A stretch of DNA of 64,000 nt. Source: Eledone cirrhosa. Lineage: Eukaryota. Shown here piece by piece: positions 62,810-64,000 of the stretch; position 1 is the first letter of the stretch, and each line of letters begins with the position of its first letter. The notes beneath the pieces were generated by a model. That model was not told the origin of the DNA. It saw nothing but the letters and a program-made list of their open reading frames with translations, and searched no databases. A program made the translations under genes and the position numbers. Location of the stretch: the NCBI GenBank assembly GCA_964016885.1, contig OZ024744.1, forward strand, positions 8,308,001 through 8,372,000, read 5' to 3'.

Positions 62810-64000
62810 CAGAAGTCAGAGTTGAGCTGTCAAAGTCTCTTGAGTCCATGGGATGTGAAAGCACGTGGGAATCATTGAAGAAAGCCGTCTGTGATGTCAA
62901 TGCTGGGGTTTTAGGTCATACCAATAGAAAGCATAAAGACTAGTTTGATGAAAATGATGCAGTGATCCAGTCCTTGCTTGAAAGGAGACAAAAGGTGCTG
63001 CCATCATTATTTTGTGAGACATGTTCTGACAAGAGTGACCGGACCTTCAAGCAGATCAAGGCACGTGTGCAACATCAATTGAGAGCCATGCAGGACACCT
63101 GGTGGAGAAAAATTGTGATGAAATCCAGAAAGCCCCAGATAGACATGATACAAAGGTCTTATACAATCTGCTGAGGGAGGTTTATGGTCCAACTGGTCCA
63201 CAAATATAACCACTTCGCTCCAAGGACGGCAAGGAATTGCTCAGAGATCCGAAGGAAATCCTGATCAGGTGGCCTGACCACTTTTATGAGCATCAGAAAT
63301 TGATGATGAGTTCATCCGATCGATTCCATCCAGACCTACAAAGCTGGCAATGGCTGATCCTCCTTCATTTGATGAGGTGGCGAAGGCCATTGCCAAATTA
63401 AACAGCGGCAAGTCACCTGGAATGGATGGACTGAGTTCCGAGATCTTCAAGTGGGCTGGTGATAAATTCTTAAACCACCTCACTGATCTCTTTGTGAATG
63501 TTTGGAATGAAGAAGCTGTACCGCAGGACTGGAAAGATGCATTGATGGTGGTACTTTACAAAGGAAAGGGAGCCAAAGATGATTGTTGCAATTACAGAGG
63601 TATTTCACTGCTATCTGCGGTTGGGAAGATCTTGTGCAGGATTTTGTTGGACAAGACTGATACAGTAGATTGCTTTTGAGGTACTTCCAGAGTCCCAATG
63701 TGGCTTTAGGAATGGTAGAGGCACTGTTGATATGATCTTCTCGGCCAAACAACTTCAAGAGAAATGCATTGAGAATCGCATGGACTTATACCAAGTTTTT
63801 GTCGATCTGACCAAGGCATTTGACACCGTTAATCGGAAGCCTTTGTGGGTCATTTTGGAGAGATTGTGCTGTCCTGAAAAGTTTGTGAACATTCTGAAAC
63901 TCTTACACGATGAAATGCAAGCATGGGTAAACATCGGAGGTAAACTGTCTGAGCTAATCTCGGTTGAAAATGGTGTCAAGGTGATATATCCGCACCAACT
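62810..64000 (+). mobile_element. Decayed RTE LINE fragment (linker + RT N-half), running off the window
   Basis: RKHKD*FDEND, KSPGMDG, VPQDWKDA, NYRGISLLS, LPESQCGFR, VFVDLTKAFDTVNR, ENGVK; stops and frameshifts; related to 4404-7700. Confidence 0.88.

Overview
Repeat-dominated animal genomic DNA with no prokaryotic features. The abundant (TA)/(TATG)/(CA) microsatellites and RTE LINEs with C-terminal C2H2 fingers suggest a cephalopod or other invertebrate, but this is inference. 1-14.3 kb: decayed transposons (several RTE LINEs, R4/Dong-like RLE non-LTR fragments, a Neptune-type Penelope-like element, a Tc1 with TIRs, and short RTE-derived elements). 14.39-54.62 kb: one ~40 kb array of roughly 1,300 (estimated) 30-33 bp units, GTAGACATTGGTGCCG[C/G]T(GTT)n. 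On the minus strand it reads as a mucin-like (T5-6 A/P-A-P-M-S)n frame. It has kb-scale higher-order duplications, one internal 1-bp frameshift, and a nested fold-back at its left edge that includes an inverted copy of the unit core. A 200-N gap follows. 54.8-61.2 kb: a Penelope-like element (PLE) cluster with an intact Naiad-like RT-GIY-YIG ORF between near-identical pseudo-LTRs, a fold-back PLE remnant and a decayed second PLE, together carrying several minimal hammerhead ribozymes. 61.3-64 kb: R4/Dong and RTE remnants. No conventional host gene could be supported apart from the putative giant Thr-rich ORF.
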